DNA of 64,000 nucleotides, from NCBI GenBank assembly GCA_964016885.1, contig OZ024763.1:9176001-9240000 (forward strand). The letters are read 5' to 3'. The DNA is from Eledone cirrhosa (Eukaryota). A program made the translations under genes and the position numbers. Of the stretch, positions 27,255-38,060 are shown piece after piece. Positions within the stretch are counted from its first letter, which is position 1. Every line of letters starts with the position of its first letter. The notes under the pieces were generated by a model, which was given only the letters and a program-made list of their open reading frames with translations, made no database searches and had not been told where the DNA came from.

Positions 27255-27560
27255 GAGGAGGAGAGTGACTTGGTGGTGGAACAATATGGTAGATGAGGCA
27301 GTTAAGGTTAAGCGACAGGCATGGAAAGAATGGAAGAACAGGGCACATTACATAGAGACCAGGAGGGAAGCTAGGCGACAAGTATACTTAGCTAGAAGGG
27401 AGGTAGAGGATAGGAAATTCAAGCATGTTTTGCAACACGAGGAACAGAAACAGGAGGTGTTCCAGATTACGAGGCAGTGTGTCAGAGAGAATTGTGATGT
27501 CATTGGAGAGAAGTGTTTCCAGAATGATAAAGGTGAGCTTGCATTCACAAGTGCCCTATC
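27255..27560 (+). mobile_element. RTE LINE linker fragment
   Basis: TWWWNNMVDEAVKVKRQAWK..ARRQVYLAR. Confidence 0.8.
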
Positions 27561-27584
27561 CATATAGGAGGTAGCAGAGCGGAA

Positions 27585-29051
27585 GCCAAACAACATAGGC
27601 CAGTCTCCCTGACGTCACATATCAGTAAGGTCATGGAGCGAATCGTCAGAAAGAAACTGATCACTTTCCTCGAGGAAAATGACTGCCTGACTAACACACA
27701 GCATGGCTTTCACCCAGGAAGAAGCTGCCTTACACAGCTGCTACATCATTAAGACTGGGTACTGAAACAACTGCTTGACAGCTCACATGTGGACATGATA
27801 TATCTGGACTTTGCGAAGGCCTTTGACAAAGTCGACCACGGAATGATATGTCACAAACTACACGGACTCACCATGACTAGAAAAGTAGGTGAGTGGCTGC
27901 ACGACTTCTTAAAGGAAAGAAGCCAGACAGTCGCAGCAAACGGGGACCCTCTCAAAGGAATTATCAATAACAAGTGGGGTTCCCCAAGGCACAGTCCTGG
28001 GACCACTACTGTTTTTGGTGGCTCTCTCAGACATACCCTCTGTAGTACATACAACAACATCCCTCACTAGCTATGCTGATGACACTAAGGTAGCACAGGC
28101 AATCAAAAACCCGGCTGACTCTGCCCTTTTACAACAAGGGCTGTATGCCATATACAAATGGGCAGAAGACAACAACATGCAGTTTAATGCTGGCAAATTC
28201 CAAGCGCTACGCAATTCCTGCAAACACAAATACAGTACAACACAGTTACACCGGACCAGGAGGGACCGATATGACCGATATCCCTGGGTAAAAATCGATA
28301 TGAGACTTGGGTATAGACATGAGCGATGATGCATCTTTTTCCTCTCACATCATGAAAGTGGCGACAATGTGCAGACGACTCGCTGGCTGGATCTTGAAGA
28401 CTTTCCGGACAAGAGACCGAGACACCATGTTGACACTATGGAGGACATTTGTCCTAAGCCGCCTGGACTATTGCTCCCAGTTGTGGTCACCCCATAGTGT
28501 CAAACTAACCACGGAGCTTGAGGCAATCCAGCGAAGCTACACCAAGAAGATTGTGACTATGAAGGAGATAAGCTACTGGGCGAGGCTAAAAGAACTGAAC
28601 CTCTACTCCTTGGAATGAAGACGGGAGAGATACGCAGTGATCTACATGTGGAAAATCCTGGAGGGACTAGCACCAAACTTTGGCATTGGCAGCTGGACCA
28701 ACTGCCGAACAGGACGTCATTGTGTGGTGCCAAAGATCCCGTCTTCCATATCTAGAATAAGGAGCAGATATTGCAAAAGTCTGGGGTTCAAGGACCCTCA
28801 ACTCTTCAACAAGCTGCCAAGGGATCTGAGAGATCTGCATGGTGTGGATGTCTTCAAGAAACATGTCGACACCTTGCTATACAAGATCCTAGATGAGCCC
28901 ACAGCAAGGCACGAGGGAAACCTAAGGGCAGCAGCAATGAACTCCCTGTTGCACCAGTGGTCAACCAATACAGGCTGGAGATTAAATGTGTAGCAACAAG
29001 GGCGGTGCCCCAGCATAGCCTCAGCCGGATGGCTGGAACAGGTAAAAAGAG
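27585..29051 (+). mobile_element. 5'-truncated CR1-clade LINE (RT to 3' end)
   Basis: PVSLTSHISKVMERI, QHGF..GRSCLTQL, YLDFAKAFDKVDH, GVPQGTVLGP, YADDTK, LDYCSQLWSP, RLKELNLYSLE; ends at (TA)n. Confidence 0.88.
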
Positions 29052-29067
29052 TATATATATACATATT

Positions 29068-29111
<44 letters not shown>

Positions 29112-29115
<4 letters not shown>

Positions 29116-29560
29116 AAGTGTTAAAACGATCAAATTTTAGTTTAGAACATTTATTTGCTGACAATTGTTTCTTCCAGAAACATGTTACTAAAATCCTATC
29201 ATTCAGAACATTTAAGATACATAATTGTTATTAGTGTCAAAGGCATCATGTGGAGAATCAGGAGTTAAAAAGATGTTCTGCTTGAAAGAACACAATTACA
29301 GGCAGCACTGGTTGGAAGTGTAATAGGTATAAGTAAAAAGCACAAGCAAAAAAATCACAGGCATAAAAGTTATAAGCAATGTTTCAACATTCCTTATGCT
29401 CCGATGATTCCAGACTTCCCTCTGGAAGAAACAATTGTCAGCAAATAAATGTTCTAAAGTAAAATTTGATCATTTTAACACTTTGTATCTCGGTTCTGTA
29501 AAACACTTGAAAACTTGCATTGAGCCTTTTGTCATACCGGTAACCTTCCAGATCATTATA
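29112..29560 (+). mobile_element. Penelope-like pLTR remnant with a 5' inverted partial copy
   Basis: ~66-bp inverted repeat (29112-29177 vs 29421-29487) overlapping a hammerhead motif followed by AATAAA. Confidence 0.6.
29397..29443 (+). ncRNA. Minimal type-I hammerhead ribozyme motif (U4C variant)
   Basis: TGCT-CCGATGA-TTCCAGA(CTTCCC)TCTGGAA-GAAAC-AATT-GTC^AGCA; perfect 7-bp stem II; predicted cleavage after 29439. Confidence 0.75.
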
Positions 29561-29834
29561 TGGAAGGTCATCTTCAGGGCTAAGAGAAAGAAAATACAGC
29601 GATCTGAAGAAAGTGAAGAAGTTTGGCATGCCCGTCTAGCTGCTAACAGAGCCCAAACAGCTTTACCAAGAGCACACAGTTTGGATGAAAGGGAACAAAG
29701 GACTACTGCTACTCGAGAACAACAAATTAAGGAACAACAGCAAATCAGACGAAATGCTAATCAAGCACATCGTTTTACTGCCTGAGCAGGAGAACAAGCC
29801 ACAAGTAGAATAAACTGGCTGATGGGGGCTTTTT

Positions 29835-30995
29835 CTGATGGGGTTATGTTAGCCATCCGAAACAAAGAGGAGCCCTTGCATTCTCGTCCATGAGGTGAAT
29901 TTGTCTTTATGTATGTGTACGTATGTGTGTGTATGTATGTATATGCATATATGTGTATGTATGTATGTATATGCATGTATGTATATGCATGTATGTATAT
30001 GCATGTATGTGTATGTATGTATGTATGTGTATGTATGTATGTATATGTATATATGTATGTGTATATATGTGTATATGTATATGTATGTATGTATATATGT
30101 GTGTATGTATGTATGTGTGTATGTATGTATGTGTGTATGTATGTATATGTGTGTATGTATGTATATGTGTGTATGTATGTATATATATATGTGTGTATGT
30201 ATGTATATATATATGTGTGTGTATGTAAATATGTATGTGTGTATGTATATATGTATGTGTGTGTATATATGTATGTGTATATATATATGTATGTGTATAT
30301 ATATATGTATGTGTATATATATATGTATGTGTATATATATATGTATGTGTATATATGTATGTATGTGTATATATGTATGTATGTGTATATATGTATGTGT
30401 ATATATGTATGTATGTGTATATATGTATGTATGTGTATATATGTGTGTGTGTGTATGTATGTGTGTGTGTATGTATGTATGTATATGTATGTATGTATAT
30501 GTATATATACTTGTGTATATGCTTATGTATGCGTATGTATGTATATGTATATATATATGTATGTATATGTGTATGTATATGTGTATGTATGTATGTATGT
30601 GTGTGTATGTATGTATGTATGTGTATGTATATGTATATGGAGGCACATGGCTTAGTGGTTAGAGCATTGGCCTGGCAATCGAAAGATTGTGAGTTCAATT
30701 CTCAGACCGGGTGATGTGTTGTTTCCTTGAGCAAAACACTTTATTTCACATTGCTCCAGTTTACTCAGCTGTAGAAATGAGATGATAGGGACTAGGGTCC
30801 ATATCATTCCACTGCAAAGTGGTCGTAGAGGTGCCACGGCAAAAAAGCACCCAGCACTCACTGTAAATGAGGTTGGTGTTAGGAAGGGCATCCAGCTGTA
30901 GAAATCAAGCCAGAATCAGTTCCCGTCCCACCCTTGCAAGCAGGGAAAAAGCGGACTTAAAACGAAATGATGATGATGATGATGATGATGATGAT
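29835..30995. repeat. Composite unit: RTE 5' tip (minus), (TATG)n microsatellite, SINE (plus)
   Basis: GGAGCCCTTGCATTCTCGTCCATGAGGTGAATTTG, then microsatellite, then ATGGAGGCACATGGCTTAGTGG, as at 19.5 kb and 39.5 kb. Confidence 0.9.
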
Positions 30996-31044
30996 GTATG
31001 TATGTATGTGTATATGTATGTATGTATGTATATGTATGTATGTG

Positions 31045-31185
31045 TATGAGATGCAGCTTGGTTTTGTGCCGCTGAAAAGTGCAACAGATGCCCTCTTCTT
31101 AGTGAGACAACTACAAAAGAGGTTCTTAGAGAAAAATAAGCCACTATACTTAGCTTTGGACATAGAGAAGGCTTTTGATAGCGAA
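31045..31185 (+). mobile_element. Small RTE RT fragment
   Basis: EMQLGFVPLKSATDALFLVRQLQ..EKAFDS. Confidence 0.8.
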
Positions 31186-31254
31186 CTCTTATAAATGACA
31201 ACATATATATACGTGTGTGTATATATATGTTTTTTTTAAAACTATATATTTATT

Positions 31255-31565
31255 ACTCCCTTAAGCAGAAGAAATATATTCCCAGATATCGAAGATTACC
31301 ACAATAACTAGGGAGCGGAAGTCAATAGATGCTGGACATTGCTGCTGAGGGTAGGATGACCTGATGAGCTGGCTCCTGTGGTGGATACCTAAACATAGTA
31401 AGACCCAAGTGGGATGACTGAGGTTCACCTACATACATCAGATGTCTCTGGATCTCCAGCTAGAGATTAATGATCTCAGGAATGCCATGAAAAATCGTGA
31501 CATCTAAAAAAGAAGAGTAGAATTGTTCTGGCCAATCCACCTGACCTAATAAACAATAATAATAT
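31255..31565 (+). mobile_element. Decayed RTE/RTEX-like LINE C-terminus with (AAT)n tail
   Basis: AGHCC..DLMSWLLWWIPKH..TYIHQ..DLRNAMKNRD; AATAAACAATAATAAT. Confidence 0.55.
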
Positions 31566-31659
31566 TAATATATATTGATGAAAATTAATTATGGTGAAAT
31601 ATCTTAGAAATCATTCTCAGAGGTTTTGTATTGTAATCCACACTTGCTCCTTGTGGCTT

Positions 31660-33630
31660 CTGATGCAGACATCATGTCCGCCATCAGGTCCTTCCCAGCT
31701 AGCAGCTGCGGAGATGTTGATGGTCTCTGACCAGGCCTCCTCAAGGAGTTCATATCTCCCCTCTCCGCTGAGGCCGGGCGCCGCCTTCTGAGTGCAATTG
31801 TGGCGCTCACCAATAGGCTCATCCATGGCGCCCTGGACTCTTATGCTCGAGGCCTCTTTTTTTCGGCCAGCCTCACCGCTCTCAGGAAGAAAGAGGGTGG
31901 CATACGCCCCATTGCTGTGGGCAATGTCTTCCGGAGGCTGGCTGCCAAGGTGATCTGCAAGTCCGTAACACTCGGAACCGGCATCCAGGGACTCCAGCCA
32001 CCTCATTGTCAAGTTTGACATGAGGAATGCCTTCAACTCTTTACGCTGGGATCATCTGCTCGAGGCCTGCCTCAGCCGAGCCCCCTCTACCTAGCTGTCA
32101 TATGGAGCCCCAAGCATGCGCCTTGCTGCTGATACGGTCATACCCTCGGCTACTGGGATCCAACAGGGCAACCCTTTGGGACCCCTCCTGTTCACCCTTG
32201 GTATTGACCACATCGCCCGGAGTATAACGGCCCCTCTCAACGTTTGGTATCTGGATGATGCTACTTTGGGTGGGCCCGTACAGACGGTCTGCCACGACCT
32301 TCAATCGGTGGTTCCTGCCCTGGCGGGAATCGACCTCCAGGTCAACTCAGCCAAGTCGGAGGTGGTGAATGTCAGCCTCGATGCTGCAAGCTTTGCAGTC
32401 TCCGTCTTGGACGTGCGGTCCATTCTCCGCCAGGTTCAGGTGACCCCCAAAGAGGATGCCCTCACCGATCCACCCGCCGGCCATCCGCTCCTCCATCAAG
32501 TCCAGACTCTCACGAGCCGACTGGGCTTGATTGATGGCCACCCAGTTCTCTTTCTGCTGAGGAACTGCTACGCCATGCCGAAGCTCCTCTATACACTCTG
32601 TGCTACACCTAAACTTGTATCCGAGCAGCAGCCGATGAGATATGCAACTTTACCTGTCAGGTATGGCGGCCTTCGCCTCCAGTCCCCGATCTCACTAGCT
32701 TTGCCGGCATATCTTTCGTCGGTAACCTCGTACCACGTCCTCCTCAGCAGGGTTCTTCAAAACACAACAGAACCCTCTGTGTTCAGAGAACGCGTGGCCG
32801 CCTGTGAGACGTGGGACCGGCTGGGACTTAGCCCAGTAGACGTTCCTCCTCCTTCTCCCCCTGTTGACGTCAAGTCCCCCCCAACACACTTGGGATGCCA
32901 TCCAGTGCAGCCTGGCCTCAGACAGGCTCACGCGCCAGCTCGACCAGCACCGCCTTGTTTGTTTTCGTGCAGCCTCCAAACCCCACAGTGGGGCCTGGCT
33001 CCATGCCCTGCCCTCCTTCTCCACTCGCACGCAGCTAGACAACAATAGCTTGCGCATCGACGTTTCCCTGAGGCTCGGCCTCACACCAATGTCGCTGCCG
33101 TTCCACCATGGACTCTTTCGGCCTCCACCCGCTTTCCTGTCGCCACAGTGCCAGCCGCAATCCACGCCATGCTGCCCTCAACGAAGTCATTAAGCATGGC
33201 TTGGACGCTGCAGGCTTCCCTTCCCAGCTCGAGGGGACGGCAAAAGGCTAGATGGCATGACCATCTTCCCGTTCCGCGGTGGCAAACCCCTCGTCTGGGA
33301 TGCCACTTGCACCGACACTTTCTGCAGCCGCAACCTGATGCAGTCTGCGACTGGCCCAGGTTCTGCTGCACGTCAGGCTGAGGGGGCCAAACTCCTCACA
33401 TATCGTTCACTCTCCGACAGGTTTGCGGTCGTACCCCTGGAAGTGGAGACTTCTGGTGTCCTCGGCCCCAGGGTTACCTCCTTACTCACCACCATAGGTG
33501 CTGAGCTGGCCAGCCGCAGGTGTGAGCGGCTTTTCCAGCGCGTCTCCCTTGCCGTGCTCCGGGGAAACGCCTTCTCCATTCTGTCCGCCGGGGCTGTGGG
33601 TGGGTCCCATCGCGTACCGTTATGAATGTA
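31660..33630 (+). mobile_element. CRE-clade (restriction-like endonuclease) non-LTR retrotransposon, decayed
   Basis: GGIRPIAVGNVFRRLAAK, GIQQGNPLGPLLF, WYLDD, LPVRYGGL, HSGAWL, C-terminal DGMTIFPF..GKPLVWDATCTDT, FQRVSLAVLRGNA; GC-rich island. Confidence 0.85.
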
Positions 33631-34777
33631 TACAAAACAACTAAATCTCTTAAATAACTTCACTTATATCCAAAACATGATTTGTATATACATCAACAGT
33701 GACTCATTATTATACGCCAGTCACGACCCCACTGCAAAAACGATATCTATATAACAACCCCACCGTAAAACTACTCTTCCCCACTTTACAAACACTTTAT
33801 ATTATTTGTCATTAAGGTTTCTTAAAATAAATATATATACGTATGTGTAGTAATTAGTACGGGGGCTCAGAGAAGGGACTAGAGTGCCTTTATGGAGGGC
33901 ACATGGGACCAGCAAAGTCCTAAAAGTAGAGACCAGTAAATGAGATAAGGTCCTAGCTATGTTAAGAATATAAATAAGAAACATGTTCTATACATTTAAG
34001 AAGACAAGAGAAACATGTTCTAAACATTTAAGAAATAATTATTTACCTCTTTCATGTCGGTAATATAGCGGTGTTATAAAACTAATTATAACGACCGGTG
34101 TTAAAATAGAGAGAGATAGACAGATAAATGTGTGTCACACTCTCACCCTCTCTTTAAATCTTTTACACTATCTAACTCGTACTTCTCACACTCTCTTTAA
34201 ATCTTTTACTCTATCTACCTCTCATTTCTATCTGTGTATGTATGTATGTATCTGTCTATGTGTAACTCGGTGTACTGGAGCAATATGAAGTGAAGTGTCT
34301 TGCTCAAGAAGACATTTTGTGGAGTTATATCATCGTTTCTTGTTATAAAGCTACTGATACTACCGGTGTAACAGTGGCTATAGGTGATAGATGTAGAAAT
34401 AAAAGGCTGTAACAGCGATATAAATATAGATGAAATAGTTTACCACGAGACTAAGAATGAATGTTTAATGGAATTAAGTGTAATCTAATAGGAAATAAGA
34501 GGCTAGAGCAGCGAAATGTTTACATAAAATAAAAGAACAACAAACAAGAGTGCAACATTGAAATTTTTTTTTTTTTTGTCGATATAAGCGTTATTTTATG
34601 CGCGATTTGCCTTGCTGCCGGCGCTGCTCAGTCAGTAGCAGCCCCGCTTACGAACTTCAGGAGCCAACGACTTTACATGGTTCGAATCTCACCCTCTCCG
34701 CTCTTGTCGAGTTATCTCCTACTCTTTTTACTTAGTTCCAGGTCATTAAAATAGAGCAAAGAGGGCGCGGCGATCGG

Positions 34778-34952
34778 CATATGCACTGGCTACAATGTTG
34801 AACTTTGGTACTGACTGCGTAGTTGAACGTTCCACATACCAACCGCCCAACTGGCCAGTCAACCGCATATGCGGCTGGCTGGCCGGTTGGGTAGTTGGCA
34901 TATGTACTGGCTACCATGCTGAACATTGTACTGACTGTCAAGTTGAACGTTC
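34778..34952. repeat. ~66-bp imperfect palindrome between two ~55-bp direct repeats
   Basis: ATACCAACCGCCCAACTGGCCAGTCAACCGCAT|ATGCGGCTGGCTGGCCGGTTGGGTAGTTGGCAT; flanking repeats CATATG.ACTGGCTAC..GTTGAACGTTC. Confidence 0.85.
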
Positions 34953-35470
34953 TAACCCTCTCTTTACATCTATTACTCTATCTACCGCTTATTTCTCCCC
35001 CTCTCTTTACTTCTATAACTCTATCTCCCACTCTCTTTACATCTATTACAGTGTCTCCCTGTATATATACACGTATATATGCACTAGATTTTATAAGAAA
35101 TCTACGTAATAATATAATTAACAATAGTTGATGAATTAGACCAGAGTTAATTAAACAATAAATATGAATGAAATAGCAGTAGATGGCGAAACTTGAGTGT
35201 TGTGTGTGCATACATATATACGAGGTAAACTGGTTCAAATACTGTCAGGATTATATTGGATCAAAGACTGTATTAAATAGAAAGTAAAAAATGAAGTGAA
35301 AATATAAAAACAAACTGAAAATTTCCCCATCCCTAGAAAAATTCATATCTTGTTATATATAGATAATTGGCGCTTTAAATTGAATAAATATTCATTTATA
35401 TATATATATATATGTATATATATATGTACACTGATATATATGTGTGTATATATATATGTGTATATATATA

Positions 35471-35505
<35 letters not shown>

Positions 35506-35739
35506 ACTTCATCATACGTCCGCTTTTCCATGCTTGCAAGGGTGGGGTGGGAGCTGATTCTGGATTGGTTTCTACAGCTGGGTGCCCTTCCTGACGCCAA
35601 CCCCGTTTGCAGTGAGCGCTGGGTGCTTTTTTTTTTTTCGTGGCACCTCCACGTCAGCTTTACAGTGTGAGCTGGGTGCTTTTTTTGCCGTGGCGCCTCC
35701 ACGACGACTTTGCGGTGGGGTGGTGGGGTGGTATGTGTA

Positions 35740-36170
35740 TACCCAGCCCATTGTCATTTCCCACACAGAAAAGCTTATAGCATCGTTCTTTACCCACGAT
35801 GAATCTAGCAGACCCACCCCTCCATCTGGTCTCTTGAATACAACAAACATTGACCTCCTTACGTTCAAGCATTTCTACAACCTCGTTAGAGCCACCCTTC
35901 AAGGTGCCTACATTCATGGTACCAACTCTGAAGTTTGGGATTGCATTTGAAGGGTGGGAGCGGGGGGGGTGGGGATGTGGTTATGTTAGCCATCCACGGC
36001 CGAAACAAAGAGGAGGAGCCCTTGCATTCTCGTCCATGAGGTGGATTTGTCTTTATGTATGTATATATATATATATGTATGTATGTGTGTGTATATGTAT
36101 ATATGAGTGTATATGTGTATATATGTGTATATGTATGTATATATGTGTGTGTATGTATATATATATCATA
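35740..36170 (-). mobile_element. RTE LINE 5' end (APE N-terminus) plus microsatellite
   Basis: [32 protein letters not shown]. Confidence 0.9.
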
Positions 36171-36468
36171 CACCCACGGTAGTAGGTGTATAATATTCTT
36201 AAGGTCCCATTTCGGTCACTCGCGACACCTTCAAAGCTTTGTCAATAATTCAATTTTTGATAGAATTGGATGCGGTTTTTTGCACTTTATAGGACCACAG
36301 ATAAGCTACTTTTTGACATAAAAATATTGAAATTTGGTTCAGTAGAAAAAAAGTTACATAAAAATGAGGACCAAAAGAGTGTAAGGAACTACATACATAA
36401 GTAACGCTTAGTTTGTTTCTAATTTCTAATACATTAAAATAGTGATAGATTGTGCAATAGTGAATTGT

Positions 36469-36541
36469 GGTCAGGTAGCTCAGTCGGTAGAGCAGCGGAC
36501 CGGCAATCCGAAGGTCGTGGGTTCGATTCCCACCCTGATTA
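36469..36541 (+). tRNA. tRNA-like gene or pseudogene, anticodon GGC (nominally Ala)
   Basis: 73-nt cloverleaf: acceptor GGTCAGG/CCTGATT, D stem GCTC/GAGC, anticodon loop CCGGCAA, T arm GTGGG-TTCGATT-CCCAC, followed by TTTT. Has C33, a G27:A43 mismatch and no G3:U70. Confidence 0.7.
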
Positions 36542-36654
36542 CTTTTCCTATCTGCACTTCTTCCTATTCATTATTATTTATTTAACTTATTTGTTGATAA
36601 ATATTTTTAATATTAATATAATATCCTTGCATTGCCTGGAAAAAAAGTGGTTTA

Positions 36655-37837
36655 CAGGGAAAAATGCGGGCACATGTAAAGAAATATTCTTAAATTAATA
36701 AACCTAGAAAAGTAAAGGACAAGTTATTACACCTGGAAAAGTAAAGGACAAGAAAACTTCTTCTTAAAACTTCTTAAAATATTTAGATTATAAAACTAAA
36801 AATAAATAATTATAAGTTAATTGTTAAAAAAATATCACTTTAAAGGACTGGAAAAATGACTGTCTTATAGGGAGAGTTGACTACTGTATACTTAATTTTT
36901 TTCTTGGTGTATACAAATTAATCTTTTTAAAATAAAATTTGTACAATAATTTGTACAATAATTAATTAATAATAATAATAATAATTAATATGTACAATTT
37001 ATTAATTTATGTTATAAGATATTTAAAAATGTTCACTCTTAATCAAATTATATTTTTAAAAATTTAGTTATAAAATAATGCAGTAAAATAAATCAAAAAC
37101 AGTGCATCATATAATTGCACTTTTTATGAGTATTACAGATTTTTTTTATAATATAGTAAAATTCAACATCTCAAGGGGCAAAATTAGGTAAAAGTCAATT
37201 CATCAATTATTCATTTATAGTGAATCAATCAATTATAGTGAATTCATCAATTCATTAGATGAACTGTTGAATTAGACAATGTTTAATTTTTAATAGTAGT
37301 CTAATTTTACTCTACCTAAAAATGTAGATTGGTTATTTTGATCTCTGACAGGTCTTAAATTTCATTATTAAACAATTATAATTTGTTATTATTTATCATT
37401 ACAGTTGGCTCCCTAATTAATTATTAATTAATTGTTAGTGTCATTTACACCCCAAAATTTTGTTTTATTTGATGTTTATAATTGTCACTCATTTTTTCAG
37501 TCCCATTTAGTAAAGTAAAATAAAGTATATTTATTTAATGACCCAACCACTATGGTGTAAATTAGGATCACAAAATTAAATAAATGATCATAAATTAGTA
37601 TTATTATCAATTAGAGAGTCAACTGTATTATTAGAATTTATCACTTTCTATGTGTATTTAAATCAAATATTTTTTATTATTCAAATTTATACTATAGCTG
37701 CAATATTTTAAGAAGTTTTAAGAAGTTTTAAGAAGTTTTCTTGTCCTTTACTTTTCCAGGTGTAATAACTTGTCCTTTACTTTTCTAGGTTTATTAATTT
37801 AAGAATATTTCTTTACATGCGCCCGCATTTTCCCCTG
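36655..37837. mobile_element. Non-autonomous Tc1/mariner-type DNA transposon (~130-bp TIRs, TA target duplication)
   Basis: TA|CAGGGAAAAATGCGGGCACATGTAAAG... and ...CTTTACATGCGCCCGCATTTTCCCCTG|TA; AT-rich noncoding interior. Confidence 0.88.
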
Positions 37838-38060
37838 TAATATATGTATGTGTATGTATATATACATATGTGTGTATATGTATATATACTTATGTATATG
37901 TGTATATGATTATGTATGTATATGTATATTATGTATATATATATATACGTATATGTGTATGTATGTATGTATATGTGTATGTATATGTGTATGTATGTAT
38001 GTGTATATATATATGTATGTGTATATATATATATATATGTATGTATGTATATGTATATGG

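Noticed and set aside
29575-29785. Arg/Glu/Gln-rich ORF reminiscent of Helitron N-terminal repeats
   Set aside because: Too short; no Rep or helicase motifs to support the call.
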